A stretch of 31,948 nt of DNA from a virus (Duplodnaviria > Caudoviricetes). The DNA lies in the IMG/VR virus record IMGVR_UViG_3300005805_006431, positions 1 to 31,948 of that record; one strand, given 5' to 3'. Shown in pieces: positions 9,178-16,899 of this stretch. How positions within the stretch are numbered: the stretch's first letter is position 1; each line of letters begins with the position of its first letter. The notes under the pieces are model-generated. The model saw only the letters and a list, made by a program, of their open reading frames with translations. It was not told where the DNA came from and made no database searches. The translations under genes were made by a program, and so were the position numbers.

Positions 9178-10032
9178 TTATTTTTGTAGACTTTTTATAT
9201 ACTCTTTTAATTGGTCTTTAGGATTCCATCCCAATCTATCTAGAGCATCGTTATTTAATCTTAGAGTCTTCCTATAATTTCCTTTCACATCCTCTACATA
9301 TTTTCTATTGTTATACTCAAATAGATCAGCAACCTCATTTAGAGAGTAGTTACATCCTGTGCCAAGTTCCCATGCATCTTCATGTTTCTCATCACTCTCA
9401 GCTATTCTTATAAGCCCATCTACAATATCATCTATGTGTGTAAAGTCTCTGCGCTGTTCTCCATCCCCATGTATAATAATCGGCTCTCCTTTTGCTATAG
9501 CATGTCTCCATATTCCTATAACTGCTGCCATATGAGAATCTACTAACTCACCTGGTCCGTATACATTATAGAATCTAACTATCTCTGCATTAAGATTGTA
9601 TATGTTTTTATACAGTTTAATCCACTCCTCTCCCATGTGTTTAGTCATAGCATAAGGAGATAGTTCTGGATTGTGGTGCCTTGATGATGATCCTGAGTAT
9701 ATTAATTTTGATTTATTTCTCAGTGCGTAGTCAACTACTCTTTTTGTTCCTTCTACATTTACACTAAATGTCCAAGAAGGATTTTTAAATGAGGGCTGTA
9801 TTCTACTCAATGCTGCTAAGTGAAATATATACTTGTAATTTTTATCAGGAATATTATCCATAGCACGAACATCTCCACGAAGAAATTTGGCTCCTAATGG
9901 TTCTACGGACTTGGCTTCAATGCCTATAGACAAATCATCTATGACATCTACTTGATATCCGTTTTTAATTAGTCTATCAACCAAAGCATATCCTACGAAC
10001 CCACACCCTCCTGTTACTAATACATTTGTCAT
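9178..10032 (-). CDS. NAD-dependent epimerase/dehydratase (extended SDR)
   Basis: TGGCGFVG, HLAA, SGSSS, YAMTK (YxxxK), RFYNVYGP, GDGEQRRDFTHIDD. Confidence 0.92.
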   Translation of the reverse strand: MTNVLVTGGCGFVGYALVDRLIKNGYQVDVIDDLSIGIEAKSVEPLGAKFLRGDVRAMDNIPDKNYKYIFHLAALSRIQPSFKNPSWTFSVNVEGTKRVVDYALRNKSKLIYSGSSSRHHNPELSPYAMTKHMGEEWIKLYKNIYNLNAEIVRFYNVYGPGELVDSHMAAVIGIWRHAIAKGEPIIIHGDGEQRRDFTHIDDIVDGLIRIAESDEKHEDAWELGTGCNYSLNEVADLFEYNNRKYVEDVKGNYRKTLRLNNDALDRLGWNPKDQLKEYIKSLQK

Positions 10033-11318
10033 TGTGATACAGTTTCTGCTGATTTAGTTTTTAATTTAGGCAGAGCTAGAGGAACAGGAATACTAATCTT
10101 AGGAACATTGTTATTAAGTATCTCTGCTAGCTTCTCAACCATAGTATCAAAGCTAAATTGTGTTCTAGATATGTGCCCTTGTCTCTTACCCATTTCTACA
10201 TATTTGTTATAGTTCTCATATACCTCTTTCAAAGTCTCTTCCACTGATTTAGGATTAGCTTTGAACCAACGTGCCTCTTTCATTATAAACTTATTGGCAG
10301 CAGATTCATGCACGTTAGCAATCTCTCCTTTCACAAAGATATTGTATTCTGGATTTAAAAAGTCAAGGTGTCCACTAAATGGTGAAGCTATAATAGGTTT
10401 GCTAGATGCTGCTGAGAATTCTAGATAAGGTCTTCCAAATCCTTCGTTACCAACCAAAGCAAATGCTTTTACCTTTGGATGATTATACAGTTCATTCATC
10501 TCCTGATCTGTAAGATTTCCATACAGTAGATAAATGTTAGGCATGTCTCCACCAACAGTTTTTCTAATAGCATCTATACTGTCTAGTATTTGTTCTTCTT
10601 CTATGATGCTGAATCCAGCCATAGACGTTTTTAAAATCAATGCAGGACGCTTCTTTTTGTCTTTAAATGCTGTAAGGAATGATTTGATTAGAGTAGTAAG
10701 CTGCTTTCTATCTTCTCCTATATCTCCTTGTAACCAGTGGGCTACAGCAAGATAACAGAACTCTTCTTTTATGTCGGATAGATCAAAATTAGATTTATCT
10801 AGTCTTTTGAAGATGTTTGTATTCACTCCCTCAAACAATACTTGCACAGGCTTTTCTAGTTTAATTGTACCCGTCTTTTGTTTTGTTTTATCATCTAGTC
10901 TATCAAATACAGACTCTGAAGCAATCTTCTTTCCAAACTCCGAGGATACAATGTTGAAAGTCATTCTGTTAAGACCCTCTAGCATCTCTGCTGGAAGTAT
11001 AGTTGTCTCTACGAGTGCAGACAATCCTACATTCACTTTACCTACTGGTTGAAACTCATTAGATACGCTTATCTGCATCCATACGTCTGGTTGCTTAGCT
11101 AGCTTTCCATCTACAATAATTCTACTCAATAGATCTTTTTCCTCTGGAATATTTGGATCCAAAGCACCAAATGGAGTATCTCCCCACCTTTGTGACAATA
11201 GTTTTATATCCCACTCTTCTCCTTTTACTTTGATAAGAGCTTTTAAAAAATCTCTACTACGACCTCCGTATCCTGATGCAGTGTCTACTGGACAGGAGAC
11301 TACACATAATGGTTTCAT
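10029..11318 (-). CDS. GT-B glycosyltransferase family 4-like
   Basis: SGYG N-terminal loop, DRKQ, NEGFGRPYLEF (E-x7-E), SGHLDF. Confidence 0.8.
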   Translation of the reverse strand: MKPLCVVSCPVDTASGYGGRSRDFLKALIKVKGEEWDIKLLSQRWGDTPFGALDPNIPEEKDLLSRIIVDGKLAKQPDVWMQISVSNEFQPVGKVNVGLSALVETTILPAEMLEGLNRMTFNIVSSEFGKKIASESVFDRLDDKTKQKTGTIKLEKPVQVLFEGVNTNIFKRLDKSNFDLSDIKEEFCYLAVAHWLQGDIGEDRKQLTTLIKSFLTAFKDKKKRPALILKTSMAGFSIIEEEQILDSIDAIRKTVGGDMPNIYLLYGNLTDQEMNELYNHPKVKAFALVGNEGFGRPYLEFSAASSKPIIASPFSGHLDFLNPEYNIFVKGEIANVHESAANKFIMKEARWFKANPKSVEETLKEVYENYNKYVEMGKRQGHISRTQFSFDTMVEKLAEILNNNVPKISIPVPLALPKLKTKSAETVSQ

Positions 11319-11330
11319 TATAACAGTTTT
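11310..11330 (-). repeat. 21-nt direct repeat, copy 2 (AAAACTGTTATAATGAAACCA), spanning a GT4 start
   Basis: Identical to 12764-12784. Confidence 0.9.
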
Positions 11331-12772
11331 TATTGAATTGACATTGGGAATTTAATAGTCTTCTTTGGGCGATCTGTGATCTTTCTAATATGATATCTTT
11401 TTTTAGGCTTCCAATTGTTAATCACATTGGTTACGTTCTCTATAAAAGAATCTGCCATTTTACTACTAGACATCTTAGCTTCATCTGATGTTACCCACTC
11501 TCTTGCTTTCAATCCTCTGCGTTCTCTTTCTTCATTTCCCATCTTATACACTTCCATGATTGCATCTGCTGCATGACGGAAATCAACTCTGTCGTCAGAT
11601 ATGTATGGAGTTGGAGGGGATCCTTGAATACTCAAATTAGAAGGGAACACTGGAATAGCCCACTCACCGCACTTCTTATACTTACCAGCATGGTTAGTGC
11701 AGAAGCTTTCAGTGAACTCAATCCATTTACCATTCCCATCTTCGAATCTCATTTGATCCTGCATACCACCTGTCACGTTTGCAATAATCATCTTACCACA
11801 CATCATAGATTCAGTGAGAGATAGTCCCCAACCTTCATTAGAAGATAGAAGTATTGTAGCATCTGCTGAGTTATATAGCATGCGCATATATTCTACAGGA
11901 GCTCCTGGATTAGAGAAAATTACTTGATGTCCTCTGTCTCCTAACAGCGCATCTATTACTACAGGAAGATTTGTTCCGTTATCATCTACTTTATGAGTAT
12001 GTAGTACCAAACAACACTTGTCCGCTTTCTCTTTGGGTAGTTGATCTATAAAGTGCTTAAAAGCCAAGATAGTATCAGGAATAGATTTTCTTCTAATGTT
12101 ACGACTGTTGAATAGTACAACGAAATCGTAGTAGTCGCTTTGTAGTAAGCCCTGTTTAAAGTTTTGTAGCTTATTGTATTCAGCATGATCTTTCTTTATA
12201 GGATAGAAATGTTTTTCATCTATTCCGTGAGGGAAGTAGCTAAGGAACTTTTCGTCTGCATATTCTCCAAGTACTACTTTATTTAAGATATGCGTCTGCT
12301 TAGATATAGCTAGCATGGCATCACATGATCTGTAAAAACTCTTATTGTACAAGGGAGCAGGCTCACAATCCCAAATGTTAATATAGATCATTGGGATCTT
12401 TGTACGGATCTCATGTTCTATCTTAAACAACCACTCATAGTATCTTGGGTCTGTAATAAACACCAACGCATCTGGCTTCTCTGTTTTGATCAGGAATCTA
12501 ATCATATCAGCGTTACCATAACCATCAGTTGGATACAAGGTAACAGATGAATCTGGGATACCTGCTACTTCGTTTGTAGATTGGCATAGATCCATTCTTT
12601 TATTCTTGTCTGGGTGGTTGATGGCTCCCCCGACGATTGCATAGTTAAATGCGTGGGAAGTGCCTATTACAATGTCTCTAGATACGGTAGCTATTCCTGA
12701 GAAGAATCTTACGTCATCTCCAATGTACAATATCTTCTTTCTCTTTTCTCTTTCTATATAACCTGGTTTCAT
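11330..12772 (-). CDS. GT-B glycosyltransferase family 4-like
   Basis: FSGIATV, PHGID, NSRNIRRK, SSNEGWGLSLTESM (E-x7-E), TGGMQDQ. Confidence 0.85.
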   Translation of the reverse strand: MKPGYIEREKRKKILYIGDDVRFFSGIATVSRDIVIGTSHAFNYAIVGGAINHPDKNKRMDLCQSTNEVAGIPDSSVTLYPTDGYGNADMIRFLIKTEKPDALVFITDPRYYEWLFKIEHEIRTKIPMIYINIWDCEPAPLYNKSFYRSCDAMLAISKQTHILNKVVLGEYADEKFLSYFPHGIDEKHFYPIKKDHAEYNKLQNFKQGLLQSDYYDFVVLFNSRNIRRKSIPDTILAFKHFIDQLPKEKADKCCLVLHTHKVDDNGTNLPVVIDALLGDRGHQVIFSNPGAPVEYMRMLYNSADATILLSSNEGWGLSLTESMMCGKMIIANVTGGMQDQMRFEDGNGKWIEFTESFCTNHAGKYKKCGEWAIPVFPSNLSIQGSPPTPYISDDRVDFRHAADAIMEVYKMGNEERERRGLKAREWVTSDEAKMSSSKMADSFIENVTNVINNWKPKKRYHIRKITDRPKKTIKFPMSIQ

Positions 12773-12784
12773 TATAACAGTTTT
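12764..12784 (-). repeat. 21-nt direct repeat, copy 1, spanning a GT4 start
   Basis: Identical to 11310-11330. Confidence 0.9.
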
Positions 12785-12789
12785 ATTTT

Positions 12790-12990
12790 TTAAAGACTTC
12801 CGCTAGTAGCTAAGTGATTGTAAGTCAACATTTTAAGTTTAAAATCTGAATCTGTCAGATATAAATGAATGGTTCTGTTTACAAACTTTTGAAGAGATAA
12901 ACCAGTCTTGGCACTTTCAACTTTGAAGTTTTCCGCCAAGTCCTTATGTATCTTCACACTTGTTAGTTTCAACTTATCTTGCATATGCAT
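12790..12990 (-). CDS. Small putative ribbon-helix-helix DNA-binding protein
   Basis: 66 aa (or 64 aa from the second Met). LTSVKI alternating strand, helix HKDLAENFKVESAKTG, helix LSLQKFVNRTIHLY: an RHH-like pattern. Confidence 0.5.
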   Translation of the reverse strand: MHMQDKLKLTSVKIHKDLAENFKVESAKTGLSLQKFVNRTIHLYLTDSDFKLKMLTYNHLATSGSL

Positions 12991-12991
12991 A

Positions 12992-13020
12992 GTATATATT
13001 TTGTATATATAAATATATAC
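12992..13020. promoter_or_regulatory. Inverted repeat / candidate operator upstream of the RHH-like gene
   Basis: GTATATATTT (12992-13001), 9 nt, AAATATATAC (13011-13020) form a perfect 10-bp inverted repeat. A third GTATATAT (13003-13010) lies in the spacer. Confidence 0.45.
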
Positions 13021-13034
13021 GATATGACAAAATC

Positions 13035-13985
13035 CTACGCTTCTAACATATTTTTTTTATCACATAGATCTGGTCTATCCTTAAATGGACAAAATCTACA
13101 ATTGTTACCAGATGAAATCTTGGTATAGTACTTCTCTCTGTATGTGCCATCCGGATTAAAACAATCATCTAGGAAGTTATTCAGTCTCTGAACTGCTTGA
13201 TGCACTTTTGTCTTACCGTTAGCTGGTTCATGTATCTGCAGTCTTGGCTGTGGGAAATCTGCATTCTCGTATATTTTCCTTTTCAGAATCTGGAACTGTG
13301 GTACTATCTTCTCCACAGGCACACCGAACTGTTTAGAGAAGTAATTCTTATACAGAAGTATCTGGGACTGCTTGGTTTCATCTTTCTTCTCATAATCCTT
13401 CCATCCTCTGGTAGATGTCTTGAAATCGATAATATAGACCGTTCCGTCGGTGTTATTCCTATAAACCATGTCTACATACCCCTGGAACAAGAAAGTGTCT
13501 GTATTGTCCTTTATTTCAACCAGGATGGGTACTTCCATACCTAGCAGTTCACATCCACGGGTAGAGAAGTATGCTAATCTCTTTTTCTTTATAAATGTAA
13601 GTATTTCTACCCCGTCTTGATAGAACTCAGCCATTTCCTCTTTGTTGGAGAAATGCTGACCTCCATTGTTGACTACCTCTTTTACGTACTCCTCTTTGAA
13701 TCTCTTTTCAAACATTCCTATCATATCAAATTCATCAGATGCTTTCACTGAGTCGTTGAATAGGAGTGTAAGGTATGTTTGAAGAGCTTCGTGTATTGCT
13801 GTACCAAATACGGTGTTTATACTTGCTGTAAACAGATAGTGTCCTTTTGCGTAGTTTAAATACCATCTGTGTGGACAGGCTTCGTATACTGAAAACTGAG
13901 AGAAAGAAACATTCTTTTGGTCAGCCCTTTTCTCTTTACGTATTTTGCTTGAAATACTTTCTGATAACGCTATTGCTTCTTTCAT
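13035..13985 (-). CDS. PD-(D/E)XK nuclease, Cas4/AddB-like with four Cys (Fe-S type)
   Basis: SFSQ..YEACP, FGTAIHEAL, E..GYVD..IIDFKT, Q..Y, C-terminal CRFCPF.....C. Confidence 0.85.
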   Translation of the reverse strand: MKEAIALSESISSKIRKEKRADQKNVSFSQFSVYEACPHRWYLNYAKGHYLFTASINTVFGTAIHEALQTYLTLLFNDSVKASDEFDMIGMFEKRFKEEYVKEVVNNGGQHFSNKEEMAEFYQDGVEILTFIKKKRLAYFSTRGCELLGMEVPILVEIKDNTDTFLFQGYVDMVYRNNTDGTVYIIDFKTSTRGWKDYEKKDETKQSQILLYKNYFSKQFGVPVEKIVPQFQILKRKIYENADFPQPRLQIHEPANGKTKVHQAVQRLNNFLDDCFNPDGTYREKYYTKISSGNNCRFCPFKDRPDLCDKKNMLEA

Positions 13986-14176
13986 TCTAGTTTTGATATG
14001 AGATTCTCTATCTCTTCTGAGATAATATCTATCTTACCCATAAGATAATGGAATTGCATTTCCTTATCTGGATCGGATATGTTTTCATCTCTAGACAGTG
14101 TTTCTATCTGCAGATTGTAATCTTCCATCTGCTTTTGATAGCTTTCTAGTTTCTCTGTTATTTCCTCTTGTGTCAT
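13982..14176 (-). CDS. Small acidic coiled-coil hypothetical protein
   Basis: 64 aa, ATGA overlaps with both neighbours. Confidence 0.65.
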   Translation of the reverse strand: MTQEEITEKLESYQKQMEDYNLQIETLSRDENISDPDKEMQFHYLMGKIDIISEEIENLISKLE

Positions 14177-14421
14177 TCTGTTTCTTTTTCTTCTTCTGAT
14201 GCACCTGCAGGCATGAATTCTTTATTCACGTGCTTGCATGAGATGCAATAAAAAGTAGGGATAGGAATAATCTGATCTTTGTTACTGCTAGTTGCTACTA
14301 AGAACTTAGATACCTTTCTTAGCATGACTGCTTCTGAAAACATCTTACCTCCACACTTCTCACATACTACTCCTACAGTCTGATCAAATCGAATGTTTGC
14401 TAATGGATTTTGTTGTTGCAT
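14173..14421 (-). CDS. Small zinc-ribbon protein
   Basis: CEKC and CISC pairs in 82 aa. Confidence 0.7.
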   Translation of the reverse strand: MQQQNPLANIRFDQTVGVVCEKCGGKMFSEAVMLRKVSKFLVATSSNKDQIIPIPTFYCISCKHVNKEFMPAGASEEEKETE

Positions 14422-14431
14422 GATTTTTATT

Positions 14432-16078
14432 TTACATGAATTGGCTATAATCTATATCTTCTTTCTTTTCATCTCCTACATAGTAAACTACTGACTCTGT
14501 GGTTAGAATTGTTCCTGCTACGCTTGCAGCATTCTCAATTGCAGTACGAGTTACTTTAGTTGGATCTAGAATACCTTGACCTAAGAAATCTTGAATCTCC
14601 CCAGTCTTAGCATTGTATCCTACCCACATTGGAGAATCACTATCTTCTCTTGCACTCTTAACCTCACTTAGAATAGCGTGGGTATCTTCTATACCTGAGT
14701 TCTTTAGGATAGTATTGAATGGGGCATACAATGCCTTCATTACAATCTTTACTCCAAGCTCTTGGTCAGAATTGTCACATGATACATCTTTGATTGCACC
14801 AACACAGTTTATAAGCGCAATGCCTCCTCCTGGAACAATTCCTTGATCTAGCGCTGCCTTAGTTGCATGAAGGGCATCTTCTACACGATCTTTCTTCTCT
14901 TTCATTTCTACTTCACTGAGACCTCCTACGTTGATGATTGCTACTCCACCAGTCAATTTAGATAATCTCTCCTGAAGCTTTTCTACTTCAAAATTAGATT
15001 TAGCAATTTCAATCTGTGTCTTTAGATCATTCAATCTCTGCTCTATAGCTTCTACTTCCCCTTTACCGTCAATGATTGTTGTATCCTTAGCTGTTACGTT
15101 TACTACACGAGCCTTACCAAAGTATTGTTTAAACTCATCTGTTTTAATCTTATCTACTTTGTGTCCTTTGGTTGGAGACACTACTGTACCCCCTGTAAGA
15201 ATTGCAATATCTTCTAGAATAGCAGTTCTACGTTCACCAAAGTCAGGAGCTTTTACAGCACACACTTTAATAGTATTGTTCGCTTTGTTTACTACGAGGA
15301 TAGCTAGTGCTTCGTTCTCAATCTCTTCTGCTATGATTAGTAGAGGGAGATTCTCTGAGTGTGCTGCCTGAAGCAAAGGAACTACTTGTGCTGTGCTAGT
15401 TAGCTTTCCATCATATAAAAAGATCAAAGGCTTTTCTAACACTGCCTGCATCATAGTATTGTTGGTAACAAAGTATGGAGACTTGTATCCACGATCAATC
15501 ATCATACCTTCCACAACTTCTAGAGATGTCTCTCCGGACTTTGATTCTTCTATTGCTACCACTCCATCAGTTCCTACTTTATCAAGCGCAGTTGAAATGA
15601 GTGTACCAATCTCACCATCATTGTTAGCTGATACAGTAGCTACTTGTTTGATTTGATCCTCTGATGAAATGTCTTTGGATAATTTCTTTAAAGATCCTAC
15701 TACAGCTGCTACAGCTTTATCAATACCTTTTTTTACTTCTACAGCGTTAGATCCTTGGGTGATTGCTTTTACACCTTCGTTTACCATAACCGTTGCTAGT
15801 AGTGTAGAAGTTGTAGTACCATCTCCTGCTTTATCTGCAGAACGTACAGATACAGTTTTTAACATTTGTGCTCCAATGTCTTCTACTGGATCTTCTAGTT
15901 TAGAGAATGCTTTTGCTACAGTCACACCATCTTTGGTGATTTTAATCTGACCATCAGCTTCTCTGATGATAACGTTTCTACCAGAAGGTCCTAACGTAGA
16001 TGATACGCTAGCATTAAGTTTGTTGATGCCGTCTAGTACCTTCTTTTTAAGATCTGTTCCGAACTCTGTCTTTATCAT
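14432..16078 (-). CDS. groEL: Chaperonin GroEL (phage-encoded)
   Basis: TLGPSGRNV, ITKDGVTVA, AGDGTTT, GYKSPYF, KAPDFGERR, KLQERL, RVEDAL, PGGG, DPTKV. No GGM tail. Confidence 0.97.
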   Translation of the reverse strand: MIKTEFGTDLKKKVLDGINKLNASVSSTLGPSGRNVIIREADGQIKITKDGVTVAKAFSKLEDPVEDIGAQMLKTVSVRSADKAGDGTTTSTLLATVMVNEGVKAITQGSNAVEVKKGIDKAVAAVVGSLKKLSKDISSEDQIKQVATVSANNDGEIGTLISTALDKVGTDGVVAIEESKSGETSLEVVEGMMIDRGYKSPYFVTNNTMMQAVLEKPLIFLYDGKLTSTAQVVPLLQAAHSENLPLLIIAEEIENEALAILVVNKANNTIKVCAVKAPDFGERRTAILEDIAILTGGTVVSPTKGHKVDKIKTDEFKQYFGKARVVNVTAKDTTIIDGKGEVEAIEQRLNDLKTQIEIAKSNFEVEKLQERLSKLTGGVAIINVGGLSEVEMKEKKDRVEDALHATKAALDQGIVPGGGIALINCVGAIKDVSCDNSDQELGVKIVMKALYAPFNTILKNSGIEDTHAILSEVKSAREDSDSPMWVGYNAKTGEIQDFLGQGILDPTKVTRTAIENAASVAGTILTTESVVYYVGDEKKEDIDYSQFM

Positions 16079-16248
16079 GATTTTTTTGTTTTTTCTTCTT
16101 TACTCTTTTCTACTAGCTTTTCTATAAACCACTGCTCTGACATTAAAGCGGATTCTATAAGCATTATAGCCCCTTTGTTATTTATTTGTATTCCTTTGTC
16201 TGTTAGGTTCTTAAACTCTTCTAATAGAGATTGCATTGGGGTTTTCAT
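16075..16248 (-). CDS. Small hypothetical protein (57 aa), coupled to groEL
   Basis: Not in the track. MKTPMQSLLEEFKNLTDKGIQINNKGAIMLIESALMSEQWFIEKLVEKSKEEKTKKS*. Its TGA overlaps the groEL ATG (ATGA) and it fills the gap exactly. Confidence 0.7.
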   Translation of the reverse strand: MKTPMQSLLEEFKNLTDKGIQINNKGAIMLIESALMSEQWFIEKLVEKSKEEKTKKS

Positions 16249-16252
16249 ATGA

Positions 16253-16582
16253 TTATAATTTGAATTGATCGCTGTTTTTGTCTACCGCAAATTCTACTTC
16301 AATTTCATCTCCGTTATGTCTGTCTGATAGAAAATCAATCATTGGCCCAATAGGAGTAAGATTGTCTTTGTCAAGCAATTCAAAGTTCATCTCTTTCACC
16401 AACTCTCCACCATCTAAAGACCACGTCATTGCTTGTAGTCTAGCATAAGGTTGTCCTTTGTATAAAACAACCTCTTGTTTTACTTCAAAATCTCCTGGCT
16501 GATAACTTTTTTTACCAATACCTAATACTTTACATCCTGTGATTACTGCAATTAATGCTGCTGCGATAACATACTTTTTCAT
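16253..16582 (-). CDS. Putative lipoprotein
   Basis: MKK, a hydrophobic stretch, then the lipobox ITG|C at residue 17. Confidence 0.75.
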   Translation of the reverse strand: MKKYVIAAALIAVITGCKVLGIGKKSYQPGDFEVKQEVVLYKGQPYARLQAMTWSLDGGELVKEMNFELLDKDNLTPIGPMIDFLSDRHNGDEIEVEFAVDKNSDQFKL

Positions 16583-16594
16583 GACTGTATTTTT

Positions 16595-16888
16595 TTATTT
16601 AATGATTGAAAGAATTTCTACTTCTCTGCACACATAGTATTCTTCTCCATCGACTAATACTTGTGTTACTACAGACTTTGGAACAATAACAGTGTCTCCT
16701 ACTGCTACATTCATTGGATAGTAATTACCCATGTGAGGATTGTACATACCTTCTCCTACGCTAACTACTTCAAAATAGTTAGATCTTTCTTTTCCAGTGT
16801 CCGGTATGATGATACCTCCTACCATTTGATCTTCTGCTTCGATCTTTTTCAAAACGACTTTGTCGTGCAATGCAACTAGTGTACTCAT
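16595..16888 (-). CDS. groES: Co-chaperonin GroES
   Basis: LHDKVVLK, mobile loop VGGIIIPD, VVSVGEG, VAVGDTV, DGEEY...EILSII. Confidence 0.93.
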   Translation of the reverse strand: MSTLVALHDKVVLKKIEAEDQMVGGIIIPDTGKERSNYFEVVSVGEGMYNPHMGNYYPMNVAVGDTVIVPKSVVTQVLVDGEEYYVCREVEILSIIK

Positions 16889-16899
16889 TTTATTTATTT

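Noticed and set aside
330-12772. Interpretation as a bacterial capsule or O-antigen locus
   Set aside because: No flippase, polymerase, chain-length or initiating transferase genes are present, and the cluster is contiguous with phage-type replication genes and small phage ORFs.
13035-13985. CRISPR-Cas system
   Set aside because: No repeat-spacer array or other cas genes were seen anywhere in the window.
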